NCBI GenBank assembly: GCA_036377715.1
Contig: DASUXW010000161.1
Location: 9,870 to 73,869 of the forward strand
Reading direction: 5' to 3'
Origin: Gemmatimonadales bacterium
Lineage (GTDB): Bacteria; Gemmatimonadota; Gemmatimonadetes; Gemmatimonadales; GWC2-71-9
Length of the DNA: 64,000 bases
In this document: in pieces, positions 9,645 to 19,306 of the stretch
How positions within the stretch are numbered: the stretch's first letter is position 1
How the letters are laid out: the number at the start of each line of letters is the position of its first letter
The notes under the pieces: model-generated
What the model saw: the letters and a program-made list of their open reading frames with translations, nothing else
Told to the model about the DNA's origin: nothing
Databases searched by the model: none
Made by a program: the position numbers and the translations under genes

Positions 9645-12600
9645 ATGAAGCTGTCCGACATCTCGATTCGACGACCGGTGCTGGCGAGCATGGTGAGCCT
9701 TGCGCTCGTCCTGTTCGGGGCCATTGGCTACACTCGCCTGGCCGTGCGCGAGTTTCCGGACGTCGATCCGCCCATCGTTTCCGTCAGCACCGAGCTCCCC
9801 GGGGCCAATCCCCAGGTGGTCGAGTCGGCGGTCACCGATATCCTGGAAGAGGAGCTGAGTACGGTCGAGGGCCTCCGCACCCTGACCAGCTCGAGCGCCG
9901 AGGGCTTCAGCAACATCACCCTCGAGTTCAACCTCGAGCGGCCGGTCGAGGCGGCCGCCCAGGACGTGCGTGACAAAGTGGCCCGCGTTCGCGGCCGGCT
10001 GCCGGAGGACGTGCGCGAGCCGGTGGTGGCCAAGCAGGAGGCCGACGCCCAGCCGTTCTTCTGGCTCGCGCTCTCGGGCGCCAACTACGACCTGCTCCAG
10101 CTCTCCGACATCGGCGACCGGCTGGTGAAGAGCCGGCTGCAGACGCTCCCGGGCGTGGGCCAGGCTCGCATCTTCGGCGAGCGCCGCTTCTCGATGCGGG
10201 TGTGGCTGTCGGCGTCGGAGCTTGCCGCGCGCGGACTCACCGTGCAGGACGTGCAGCAGGCGATCCGGAGCCGGAATGTCGAAGTACCCGCGGGCCGGAT
10301 CGAGTCGGAGCGGCGCGAGTTCACCGTGCGCTCCCTGGGCGAGCTCAAGACGCCCCAGGAGTTCTCCGACCTCGTCGTGTCCAGCGACAGCGGCGTGCTG
10401 GTCAAGCTCAGCGATCTGGGCCACGTGGAGCTCGGCCCCGAGGACGAGCGCAGCGCGCTCAGGTTCAACGGCACGCCGTCGGTGGCCATCGGCGTGATCC
10501 GCCAGTCGAAGTCGAACATCATCCAGGTGGCGGAGGCCATCCGCGGCGAGCTGCCGAGGATTCAGGAGTCGCTGCCGCCGGGCGTCAAGCTGAGCGTGGC
10601 GTTCGACGAGTCGATCTTCGTCCAGCGGTCCATCAGCGAGGCCCAGGAGACGCTGATCATCGCCGCCGGGCTGGTGGTCATCATCATTTTCCTGTTCCTC
10701 AGGAACTTCCGGGCCACGATCATTCCCGGGCTCGCGATCCCCACGTCCATCGTGGCGACGTTCGCGGTGATGTACTTCCTTGGGTTCTCGATCAACAACT
10801 TCACCCTGCTCGCGCTCACCCTGGCCATCGGCATCGTGGTGGACGACGCGATCATCGTGCTGGAGAACGCGTATCGCCACCAGGAGGAGCTGGGCGAGAG
10901 CCCGGAGGCCGCGGCCGTCAACGGCACCCGGGAGATCGGGTTCGCGGTCATCGCCACCACGATCGCGCTGGTCGCGGTGTTCACGCCGCTCGCCTTCCTC
11001 AAGGGCTCGACCGGCCGGCTATTCAACGAGTTCGGCATCGCGGTGGCGGGCTCGGTGGTGATCTCCGGCTTCGTGGCGCTCACCCTGACGCCGATGCTCT
11101 GCGCCCGGATCCTGCGCGTGCCGCCGCGGCACGGGGCGGTGTACCGCGTGCTCGAGCACGGGTTCAACGCGCTGGCCGCGGGCTACGCGCTCACGCTCCG
11201 AGGCGCGCTCCGATATCGCTATGCGGTGGTAGCGGGGATGGTCCTGCTCACTATCGGTGCCGTGGTGGTGTTCCGTTCGCTCAAGCGCGAGTTCGTCCCG
11301 GCGGAGGACAAGGGCTGGTTCTTCTCGATCATCATCGCGCCGGAAGGATCGTCGCTGGGGTATACCGACGGCTACCAGCGGCAGGCCGAGGCGGTGCTCG
11401 ACAAGACCAAGGATGTGGAGAGCTATTTCAGCGTCGTCAACATCGGCGACGGCGTGAGCCGGGGGATGATCTTCACCAACCTGGTGGACTTCGAGCACCG
11501 CACGCGCTCGATCCAGGACATCATCGGCGGGGTGCAGGCGGGGTATTTCGCGATTCCCGGGGTGTTCGCCTTTGCCAACAACCCGCCGGCGTTCGGGTTC
11601 GGCAACCCGGTGCAGTTCGTGATCCAGAATCCGGACTTCACCCTGCTGGTGAAGGGGAACGACACCCTGCTCGCCCGCGCGCGCGGCCTCAAGGGTCTGG
11701 TCAACGTCGACAGCGACCTGCGCGTGAACAAGCCCGAGCTGACGGTCAACTTCGACCGCGACCGGGCCGAGGATCTGGGCGTCCCGGTCGGCGACGTCGC
11801 GACGACGCTCCAGGTACTGCTGGGGGGCAACCGGACCAGCACGTTCACCCGGAACAACAAGCAGTACGACGTGATCGTCCAGCTCGACCCGCATGCGCGC
11901 GCTACGCCCAGTGATATGACCGGCCTGTACGTGCGCGGGCGGGCCGGCGAGCTGGTCAAGCTGGAGGCGCTGGCGAGCGTGAAGGAGGGTGTCGGGCCGC
12001 GCGAGCTCAACCACTTCAATCGGGTTCGCTCGGCCACGATCACGGCGGGGCTGGCGCCGGGGTTCACGCTCGGCGAAGCGCTCGACTCGCTCAACCACAT
12101 CGCGAGCGAGGTCCTGCCCAAGGGGAGCAGCACGGCGCTGGCCGGCGAGTCGCGCGAGCTCGAGGAGAGCGGCTCCTCGCTCTACTTCGCCTTCCTGCTG
12201 GCGCTGTTGGTGGTCTTCATGGTGCTGGCAAGCCAGTTCGAATCGCTGGTGCACCCGTTCACCGTGCTCCTCGCGGTGCCACTCGCCGTCACCGGGGCGC
12301 TGTTCACCCTCAAGATCGCGGGGTCCACGCTCAATCTGTACAGCCAGATCGGGATGATCCTGCTCATCGGTCTCGTGACCAAGAACTCGATTCTTCTGGT
12401 GGAATACGTCAATCAGCTCCGCGAGCGCGGCCTCTCGACCGTCGAGGCGGCGCTGGAGGCGGGACGCATCCGGCTCCGGCCGATCCTCATGACCTCGGTC
12501 GCCACGATCATGGGCGCGGTGCCGATCGCGTTCGGGCTGGGCGCCGGGTCGATCAGCCGCCGGCCGCTGGGCTACGCCATCGTGGGCGGCGTGCTGTTCT

Positions 12601-12722
12601 CGACGCTGCTCACGCTGTACGTCGTCCCCGCAGTGTACGTGATCTTCGACGGGCTGCGCGAGCGCGCGGCGGGCCGGGCCCACGCGGGCCGCACCACGGT
12701 GCCGGCACTGGAGGCGGAGTGA
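9645..12722 (+). CDS. RND (HAE1/AcrB-type) efflux transporter
   Basis: 'ISIRRPVLASMVSLALVLFG', 'FPDVDPPIVSVST'. Twelve-TM pattern, 1025 aa. AGGGAG RBS. Confidence 0.95.
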   Translation: MKLSDISIRRPVLASMVSLALVLFGAIGYTRLAVREFPDVDPPIVSVSTELPGANPQVVESAVTDILEEELSTVEGLRTLTSSSAEGFSNITLEFNLERPVEAAAQDVRDKVARVRGRLPEDVREPVVAKQEADAQPFFWLALSGANYDLLQLSDIGDRLVKSRLQTLPGVGQARIFGERRFSMRVWLSASELAARGLTVQDVQQAIRSRNVEVPAGRIESERREFTVRSLGELKTPQEFSDLVVSSDSGVLVKLSDLGHVELGPEDERSALRFNGTPSVAIGVIRQSKSNIIQVAEAIRGELPRIQESLPPGVKLSVAFDESIFVQRSISEAQETLIIAAGLVVIIIFLFLRNFRATIIPGLAIPTSIVATFAVMYFLGFSINNFTLLALTLAIGIVVDDAIIVLENAYRHQEELGESPEAAAVNGTREIGFAVIATTIALVAVFTPLAFLKGSTGRLFNEFGIAVAGSVVISGFVALTLTPMLCARILRVPPRHGAVYRVLEHGFNALAAGYALTLRGALRYRYAVVAGMVLLTIGAVVVFRSLKREFVPAEDKGWFFSIIIAPEGSSLGYTDGYQRQAEAVLDKTKDVESYFSVVNIGDGVSRGMIFTNLVDFEHRTRSIQDIIGGVQAGYFAIPGVFAFANNPPAFGFGNPVQFVIQNPDFTLLVKGNDTLLARARGLKGLVNVDSDLRVNKPELTVNFDRDRAEDLGVPVGDVATTLQVLLGGNRTSTFTRNNKQYDVIVQLDPHARATPSDMTGLYVRGRAGELVKLEALASVKEGVGPRELNHFNRVRSATITAGLAPGFTLGEALDSLNHIASEVLPKGSSTALAGESRELEESGSSLYFAFLLALLVVFMVLASQFESLVHPFTVLLAVPLAVTGALFTLKIAGSTLNLYSQIGMILLIGLVTKNSILLVEYVNQLRERGLSTVEAALEAGRIRLRPILMTSVATIMGAVPIAFGLGAGSISRRPLGYAIVGGVLFSTLLTLYVVPAVYVIFDGLRERAAGRAHAGRTTVPALEAE

Positions 12723-14008
12723 TCGCCAAACTCCTCCTCGTGGTGCAGGCCGCCGCCGCCGGCGTGCCTCCGGCGACGATGCCGCGCGTGACGCTCGACC
12801 AGGCGATCGCGCGGGCCACCCGCCTCGACCCCGAGTACGTGCGCGCGCTCGGGCGCGTGGACGACGCGGAGTGGGGCCGGCGCGCCGCGCTGGCCACGTT
12901 CGTGCTGCCGTCGCTCGGCATGTCCGTCGACGCGACCCGCTACTCGACCGAGTTCTTCAACATCGGCACCGGGCGCAACCAGAGCGACGCGGTCAACGCC
13001 ACGATCCAGGCGCGCTACGATCTGTTCGACGCCCGCAAGTTCGCGGACCTGGGCCGCACCAAGGCGGAGCTCGAGAGCGCCGAAGCGAGTCAGGTCGACC
13101 AGCGGTTCCGCACGGCGCTGCTGGTGGAATCGGACTACTACGACGTGCTGCAGAACCAGGAGCTCTCGAGAGTCGCCGATGACCGGGTTCACCGGGCCGA
13201 GGAGGGCCTGGCGATCGCCCGCGCGCGTGTCGTGTCGGGAGCCGCGGTGCAGAGCGATTCCCTGCAGCTGGTGCTCGAGCTCACCCAGGCACGGACCGAC
13301 CAGCTCCGGCGAGATGCGGCGCTCCGGGTCTCCAGGCTTCAGCTCGGCCGCCGCGTCGGGGAGCCCGGCCCGGTCGATGCCGCGCCCGTGGATACGATGC
13401 CGGCGCCCGACCTGCCCATCGGGCTGGAGGAGGCGGTCCGGGCGGCGGTCTCCCAGGGCCCGCAGTACGAGGCCGCCCGCGCGGCGGAGTCGGCGGCGTC
13501 GGCGCGCCTGAAGGCCGAGCGGGGGCAGTACCTGCCGCAGGTCTCGCTGCTCGGGACCCATCTTCGGTTCGACGACAGCTTCTTCCCGAGTGCCCGGAAC
13601 GTGTCGTCGGTCGCGCTCAGCATCACGTTCCCGCTCTGGGACAACGGGCAGCGCGAGCTGGCGGTGTCCCAGGCGCGGGTCAACCGCGACGTTGCGCACG
13701 CCATCCGCCAGGACCTGGAGCGCGCCGCCCGGCGCGACGTGACCCAGGCGTGGGAGGCCTACCGGACCGCACAGGCCACCACGGCGCTGTCGCAGACCGG
13801 CGTGGTCGTGGCGCGGGAGAACTATCGCGTCCAGGAATCGCGCTATCGGGCGGGCGCCACCACCATTCTCGACGTGCTCGATGCCCAGCTCCGGCTCACG
13901 CAGTCCGAAGCCGATCTGGTCCAGGCCCGCTACGCCGCCCGGCTGGCCCTTGCCGGTCTGGAGGCGATTCTGGGCCGCCGACTCTTCACCGACAGGAACG
14001 TCCCGTGA
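12719..14008 (+). CDS. TolC-like outer-membrane efflux factor
   Basis: Two OEP repeats ('LDQAIARATRLDPEY', 'YRAGATTILDVLDAQLRLTQSEADLVQARY'). GTGA overlap with the RND gene. Confidence 0.85.
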   Translation: MIAKLLLVVQAAAAGVPPATMPRVTLDQAIARATRLDPEYVRALGRVDDAEWGRRAALATFVLPSLGMSVDATRYSTEFFNIGTGRNQSDAVNATIQARYDLFDARKFADLGRTKAELESAEASQVDQRFRTALLVESDYYDVLQNQELSRVADDRVHRAEEGLAIARARVVSGAAVQSDSLQLVLELTQARTDQLRRDAALRVSRLQLGRRVGEPGPVDAAPVDTMPAPDLPIGLEEAVRAAVSQGPQYEAARAAESAASARLKAERGQYLPQVSLLGTHLRFDDSFFPSARNVSSVALSITFPLWDNGQRELAVSQARVNRDVAHAIRQDLERAARRDVTQAWEAYRTAQATTALSQTGVVVARENYRVQESRYRAGATTILDVLDAQLRLTQSEADLVQARYAARLALAGLEAILGRRLFTDRNVP

Positions 14009-15090
14009 ACGCGATGGCGCTCTCCCCGCTTCTCCGCGCCGGTCTGGTGCTGGCGCTCGCCGCGTGCAGCAAGGCCGAATCGTCGCCCCGGCCCGCGGGG
14101 CCGCAGGGTGACGCGCCCCCGCCGATGCCGGTCGAGGTTGCGGTCGCGCGCAGCGATACCGTGGTGGACGCGATTCTTGCCACCGGCGAGATCGAGGCGA
14201 TGCAATCGATCGAGCTCCGGCCCGAGATCGAGGGCCGGGTCGCCGCCATCCTGGTGCGGGAGGGTGCGCTCGTGGGGCGCGGCACGCCGCTCTTCAAGGT
14301 CGACGATGCCGAGCTCAGGGCGCAGGTGGCTCGCGCCGAGGCCGATCGTGACCTCGCCCGGCAGTCACTCGCGCGCACCCGCGATCTGCTGGCGCAGAAA
14401 GCGTCCTCCCAGGCCGAGCTCGAGCGGGCCGAGGCCACGGCCCGGAGCGACGAGGCGGAGCTCCAGCTCCTCAAGGTGCGGCTCGAGCGCACCGTCGTGC
14501 GGGCGCCGTTCGCCGGCGCGGTGGGCGAGCGGTTCGTGAGCCTGGGCGACTACGTCACCACCAGCACCCAGCTGGTGTCGCTGCAGACCGTGTCGCCGCA
14601 GCGCGCCTCGTTCCAGGTGCCCGAGCGCTACGCCGACGAGCTCCGCACCGGCCAGCAGGTGACCTTCCGGGTGGCGGCGCTCCCGGGACGCGAGTTCGCG
14701 GGGAAGGTGGACTTCGTCGACCCGGTGGTGCAGCTTCCCGGACGCACGATCACCGTCAAGGCTGTGGTTCCCAACCGCGACCGGTCGCTGCAGGCCGGGA
14801 TGTTCATCGAGGCGCGCCTGGCCACGGCGGTGCGGCCCAACGCCGTCGTCATTCCCGAGGACGCGGTGACCGCGTTGCAGGGCTCCACCTTCGTGTGGAT
14901 CGTGGCCCAGGGCAAGGCTACTCGGCGGCAGGTGGACCTCGGCGTGCGGACTCCCGGATTCGTCGAGGCCCGGAGCGGCGTCGAGGCGAAAGAGCAGGTG
15001 GTGGTCGGTGGACAGGAGCGGCTGGGCGAAGGCGCGCCGGTGGCCCCCAAGGTGGTGGAGCGCGCGCCCGTCCGGCCCAAGGAGAGCTAG
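14005..15090 (+). CDS. RND membrane-fusion (periplasmic adaptor) lipoprotein
   Basis: Lipobox 'LALAACS', coiled-coil region, 'VRAPFAGAVGERFVSLGDYV'. GTG 14005 overlaps the TolC stop; an alternative ATG lies at 14014. Confidence 0.85.
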   Translation: MNAMALSPLLRAGLVLALAACSKAESSPRPAGPQGDAPPPMPVEVAVARSDTVVDAILATGEIEAMQSIELRPEIEGRVAAILVREGALVGRGTPLFKVDDAELRAQVARAEADRDLARQSLARTRDLLAQKASSQAELERAEATARSDEAELQLLKVRLERTVVRAPFAGAVGERFVSLGDYVTTSTQLVSLQTVSPQRASFQVPERYADELRTGQQVTFRVAALPGREFAGKVDFVDPVVQLPGRTITVKAVVPNRDRSLQAGMFIEARLATAVRPNAVVIPEDAVTALQGSTFVWIVAQGKATRRQVDLGVRTPGFVEARSGVEAKEQVVVGGQERLGEGAPVAPKVVERAPVRPKES

Positions 15091-15557
15091 TGCTCGAGCC
15101 AGGCGACCGCGCGCCGGCCTTCACACTTCCCGATGCCGATGGCCGCCCCGTTTCGCTCGACGATTTCGCGGGGCGGCACGTCATTCTCTACTTCTACCCC
15201 AAGGACGACACCCCCGGGTGCACCAAGGAGGCCTGCGGCTTCCGGGACGCCTGGGACGATCTCCGCGACCTCGGCGCAGTCGTGCTCGGCGTGTCGGCCG
15301 ACGACGCCGAGTCGCACCAGCGGTTCGCGGCCCGGTACCAGCTCCCCTTCGCGCTCCTGACCGATGCCGACCGCTCCGTGATGAAGGCCTACGGCGCCTA
15401 CGGCGAGAAGATGATGTACGGGAAGAAGGTCACCGGGGTGATCCGCTCGACCCTGTGGATCGGCCCCGATGGCTGGGTGCGCCGTCACTGGGGGCGCGTG
15501 GGCAACGCGGCAGAGCATCCGAAGCAGGTGCTCGCCGCGGTCGGCGGTTATACTTGA
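15090..15557 (+). CDS. bcp: Thiol peroxidase / peroxiredoxin Bcp
   Basis: 'APAFTLPDADG', 'YFYPKDDTPGCTKEAC'. The GTG start shares 1 nt with the MFP TAG stop. Confidence 0.9.
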   Translation: MLEPGDRAPAFTLPDADGRPVSLDDFAGRHVILYFYPKDDTPGCTKEACGFRDAWDDLRDLGAVVLGVSADDAESHQRFAARYQLPFALLTDADRSVMKAYGAYGEKMMYGKKVTGVIRSTLWIGPDGWVRRHWGRVGNAAEHPKQVLAAVGGYT

Positions 15558-15580
15558 TAGTCCCTCTCTCTGGACCCTGA

Positions 15581-16369
15581 ATGACCGCCCGCAGCACCAA
15601 CACTTCCTCCGGTCCCTCATCGATGACGCCGAAGGCCAGCCCGCCCGGTCAGGGCGGCTCCGCCGACCGGTCCCGGTCTGCGCTGATCTGGCTGTGGGAG
15701 TGGACCAAGTCCATCGTGGTGGCGCTGGTGGTCTGGTTCCTCCTGCGCACCTTTCTGGTGGAGGCGTTCCGGATCCCGTCCGGAAGCATGGAAAACACGC
15801 TGCTGGTAGGCGACTTCCTGTTCGTGAACAAGGCGTTGTATGGCGCCGAGGTCCCTGTCGTCCACGCCCACCTGCCGGCGGTGCGCGAGCCCGAGCGCAA
15901 CGACATCCTGGTGTTCGATTCGGTGGAGGAGGAAGGACTGAAGGTGGTAAAGCGGCTGATCGGGATGCCCGGCGACACGCTGGCGATGGAAGAGGGGCAA
16001 CTCTACCGCAACGGCCACCGGGTGGACGAGCCATACGCCGTCCACGGCGATCCGCACCGGTCCGAGGATCCGATTCAGCGGGCCAAGATGCGCGAGTGGC
16101 AACTGCCCCACGTGGTCCAGCGCGATACCGCGGCCTATCAGCCCGATCTGCAGGACTGGGGGCCGATCGTCGTCCCCGCCGACTCGTTCTTCATGATGGG
16201 TGACAACCGAGACAGCTCCTACGACGGCCGCTATTGGGGGTTCCTGCCCCGTCAGAACGTGCGGGGGCGGCCCCTGATCGTCTATTTCAGCTACGACCCG
16301 AACAGTTGGAAGACGTTGCCGTTCCTCACCGCCGTGCGATGGGGACGAATCTTCACGCAGCCGAGGTGA
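15581..16369 (+). CDS. lepB: Signal peptidase I
   Basis: 'IPSGSMENTLLVGD', 'VVKRLIGMPGD', 'GDNRDSSYDGRYWGF'. Confidence 0.9.
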   Translation: MTARSTNTSSGPSSMTPKASPPGQGGSADRSRSALIWLWEWTKSIVVALVVWFLLRTFLVEAFRIPSGSMENTLLVGDFLFVNKALYGAEVPVVHAHLPAVREPERNDILVFDSVEEEGLKVVKRLIGMPGDTLAMEEGQLYRNGHRVDEPYAVHGDPHRSEDPIQRAKMREWQLPHVVQRDTAAYQPDLQDWGPIVVPADSFFMMGDNRDSSYDGRYWGFLPRQNVRGRPLIVYFSYDPNSWKTLPFLTAVRWGRIFTQPR

Positions 16370-16376
16370 CCGCCGG

Positions 16377-16685
16377 CTAGAGGTGGTGCCGGGGTGCCTC
16401 GGGCATCGAGGATCGGTTCAGGGTTCGCGGAATGTAAGCTGCGGTGCGACCGCAGGCGGCGCAGTGGAGAGTGACCCGGCCGCCTTGAGCATCCTCCGAA
16501 GAGGAGCGGATGGGGGTGCGCTCAACCTCGGCGGAGCTGCAAGAAGGGCAGACGAGCGGCTTGTGGTCCCGGTCCGCCCCGATCAGGATCAACGCTTCAG
16601 GCGCGCGGTACTCTTTGATGCCCCGACGTCCCACAGTCGGCCCTTCCGGCGGGGTTCCGGTGCCGTAAGTAGCTTCCCGCCACAC
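16377..16685 (-). CDS. Hypothetical zinc-ribbon protein (CPSC...CAAC)
   Basis: Two CxxC pairs ('CPSCSS', 'CAACGR'). Third-position GC looks coding-like by hand count. Confidence 0.45.
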   Translation of the reverse strand: MWREATYGTGTPPEGPTVGRRGIKEYRAPEALILIGADRDHKPLVCPSCSSAEVERTPIRSSSEDAQGGRVTLHCAACGRTAAYIPRTLNRSSMPEAPRHHL

Positions 16686-16733
16686 CTTTCAATTTACGGA
16701 GAGCCGCTCCGGCACGCAAAGGTTTAACTCTCC

Positions 16734-17150
16734 ATGCGCATGCACAGTGTCCTTCGCATCCTCGCTCCCGCCACGGCCCTGGTCGTCTGGGTCGGTGCGT
16801 CCGCGTCCGCGCAGCAGTCGCACGTGGTCCGCCTCACCGGCGATGAGGAGGACAACTACCGGTTCGAGCCCGCGGAGGTGACCGCCCGCCCGGGGGATGT
16901 CCTGGTGTTCCGGGTCGCAAGCGGCTCTCCACACAGCGTGGTATTCGAGGCCGGCGGGCTCAGTCCCGACGTCCGGGCCGCGCTGGATGGTGCCATGCCG
17001 AACCGCTCGGCGGAGTTGAGCAGTCCTCTGCTCACGGCTGCCGGCGCCCAGTATCGGATCGTGCTGCCCCCGATCCCGGCCGGATCCTACGAGTTCTATT
17101 GCCTGCCACACAGAGCTTACGACATGCGTGGGCGGCTGACTGTCAAATAG
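16734..17150 (+). CDS. Secreted cupredoxin (plastocyanin/azurin-like blue copper protein)
   Basis: Signal peptide. Type-1 Cu ligands 'PHSVVF' and 'YCLPHRAYDM' (C-x2-H-x4-M). Confidence 0.8.
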   Translation: MRMHSVLRILAPATALVVWVGASASAQQSHVVRLTGDEEDNYRFEPAEVTARPGDVLVFRVASGSPHSVVFEAGGLSPDVRAALDGAMPNRSAELSSPLLTAAGAQYRIVLPPIPAGSYEFYCLPHRAYDMRGRLTVK

Positions 17151-17164
17151 TGCAACAACTTAGT

Positions 17165-17185
17165 TAGTAGTTATTTTAACTACTA
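17165..17185. promoter_or_regulatory. AT-rich perfect 9-bp palindrome (TAGTAGTTA-TTT-TAACTACTA) in a ~40-bp AT island
   Basis: Read directly. It lies between the cupredoxin stop (17150) and the next start (17241). It could be a weak terminator, an operator or a promoter element. Confidence 0.4.
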
Positions 17186-17240
17186 CTAGCGCTGCGGCCT
17201 CCTCGGTGCGAAAATTCAGGCATTCGCTGAAGGAGGAGCC

Positions 17241-17612
17241 GTGGTGTCGGAACTCGGCGGGTCCCAGATCTCGACGCTGCTCGAGGCCCTGCCTGGCATC
17301 GCCAACGTGCTGCGCAGCCCCGTGGCCGACGCCTTGGGCAACGTCATCCGGGCCGCGGCCCGGCTGACTGAGTTCAACGTCCAGGACGCGGACGAGCTGG
17401 TCCGCTATGCGACGCGGCGGGGGCTACTGGGCCAGGAAGAGGGCGACCGGCTACTGGCCGAGGTGTACGCCGCCGAACAGCGGCGCGCGGACAAGGCCGC
17501 CGACCGCGAGCGCGCGCAGAAGGCTCGGGCGCGGGCGAAGGGCCGGACGGTCAAGGCAGTGAAATCCGTCAAGAAGGTGAAGAAGGCGGCCAAGGGAGCC
17601 AAGCGCCGCTAG
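17241..17612 (+). CDS. Hypothetical protein with Lys/Ala-rich histone-H1-like C-terminal tail
   Basis: Strong RBS GAAGGAGGAGCC before the GTG. Tail is '[30 protein letters not shown]'. Confidence 0.55.
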   Translation: MVSELGGSQISTLLEALPGIANVLRSPVADALGNVIRAAARLTEFNVQDADELVRYATRRGLLGQEEGDRLLAEVYAAEQRRADKAADRERAQKARARAKGRTVKAVKSVKKVKKAAKGAKRR

Positions 17613-19306
17613 ATCTTGAACTCCTGCATCACCGTGGTGAGCCGGGTGGCGCCCTGCAGCAGGTCGCCGGCCGCCGCGGCCATCTGTTCCGTGCTGGCGG
17701 TCTGCTCCTCGGCGGCCGCCGTCACCTCCTCGCTCGCCGAGGCGTGCTCGGCGGCGCTCTGCCCCACCTCGCGGGTTCGCAGGCCGAGCTGCTCCACGAT
17801 CGCCTGATTGGCGGCGACCTCACGCGCCACCGCGTCGGCGGCATCGTGGACCTCCTGCACCGCACGCGAGATCTCCTCCAGCGCACGTGCGGTGGCCACC
17901 GTCACCCCCTCGATCCCCTGCACCCGCACGGAGCCCACCTCCATCGTCCCGGCCACCTGCTTCACCTGAGTGCGAATGAAGCCTACGGTCTTGGCGACAT
18001 CTTCGGCTGCGGTCGCGCTCGAGTCCGCCAGCCGCCGCACCTCCTCGGCCACGACCGCGAATCCGCGCCCGTGCTCGCCGGCACGCGCCGCCTCGATGGC
18101 GGCGTTGAGCGCGAGCAGGTTGGTCTGCGATGAGATCTGCTTGATCAGATCGATGAACGCGGTGATCGGCTCGGAGAACCGCGCCAGCTCCTGGACCTGG
18201 CCGGCGGAGGTGCGCACGACCTCGCGCACGTCGAGCAAGGAGCGGCCGGCGGCATCGACCTGCGCGCGGTGATGCGCCGCGAGCTCCTGGATCCGGTCGC
18301 CCAGCTCCGCTACGCGCGCGGCCGCCTGGGCGTTGGCATCGGCGATCTCCCTCAGGCTCCCGAGCAGCGCGTCCGCCTTCTCCATGCCCGTCACCTGCTG
18401 CTCCGCGCTGGCGGCGATCCGGACCATCGCGGTCGAGATCTCGCCGCTGCTCGCAGCGAGCTCCTCGCTCATGGCGGAGAAATCGCTCGCGCTGTTGCCG
18501 ATCTGCCCGGCCTCGCCGACGACGGACTGCACGACGCCCCGGAGCCGCGAGCCCATGTCGTCCATGGCCCGAGCCAGCCGCTCGATCTCCGCGGGCATCG
18601 CCCCGCCAAGCTGCACCGGACGCAGATCGCCCCCGCCAAAGCGCTCGGCCGCGCCGATGAGCTGACCCAGCGGCCGGTCCACCGAGCGCACGGTCCAGTA
18701 CGACGTGAGCGCGCCAAGCAGCAGCGACGCGAGGAAGAGCACCCAGAGCGCGTTTCGGCGGCTCGCCGCCTCGCGCCGGAGGTCCGTCGCACGCGCCATG
18801 GAGCGCGTGGTCTGCGCCAGACCGAGGGCGCGGACGTCGCCGAGCAGCGTATCGGACGGCGCGCGGGCCCGGTCGGCCATGCGGCGCGCCTCCTCGAGGC
18901 GGCCGAGGTCAGCCAGGGCGTGCGCCATGCCGTACGCCACTTCGATCTGCGCCTGATTGGCCGCGATCTTGTTGACGATGTAGCGGTCGGCGGTGGTGAG
19001 CGACATGAGTCCGCGGTACCGCCGCTGGAACGCGTAGGCCGAGTCACCTTCCTCGACCGTGGCCGCGCGCAGCTGCGGATCGGAGCGCACCAGGTACTGC
19101 TCCGCCGCGCGGATCTCGGCCGCGACGGAGGTCACCAGCCCGTTCCCGAGGTCGGTACTCTCGAGCAGCAGCGAGAGATCCTGGGTGACGGACCGGTCGA
19201 GCGAGCGAATCGAGTTCACGCCGAGCACCGCGATCGTGAAGACCAGCGCGAGCAGGAGCACCATCCCCGCGATGACACGATGGCGCAGGCTGCGCAACGG
19301 GTTCAC
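17609..19306 (-). CDS. Methyl-accepting chemotaxis protein (periplasmic helical sensor, HAMP, signalling domain)
   Basis: Two TM segments. Conserved hairpin tip '[33 protein letters not shown]'. Confidence 0.9.
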   Translation of the reverse strand: MNPLRSLRHRVIAGMVLLLALVFTIAVLGVNSIRSLDRSVTQDLSLLLESTDLGNGLVTSVAAEIRAAEQYLVRSDPQLRAATVEEGDSAYAFQRRYRGLMSLTTADRYIVNKIAANQAQIEVAYGMAHALADLGRLEEARRMADRARAPSDTLLGDVRALGLAQTTRSMARATDLRREAASRRNALWVLFLASLLLGALTSYWTVRSVDRPLGQLIGAAERFGGGDLRPVQLGGAMPAEIERLARAMDDMGSRLRGVVQSVVGEAGQIGNSASDFSAMSEELAASSGEISTAMVRIAASAEQQVTGMEKADALLGSLREIADANAQAAARVAELGDRIQELAAHHRAQVDAAGRSLLDVREVVRTSAGQVQELARFSEPITAFIDLIKQISSQTNLLALNAAIEAARAGEHGRGFAVVAEEVRRLADSSATAAEDVAKTVGFIRTQVKQVAGTMEVGSVRVQGIEGVTVATARALEEISRAVQEVHDAADAVAREVAANQAIVEQLGLRTREVGQSAAEHASASEEVTAAAEEQTASTEQMAAAAGDLLQGATRLTTVMQEFKI

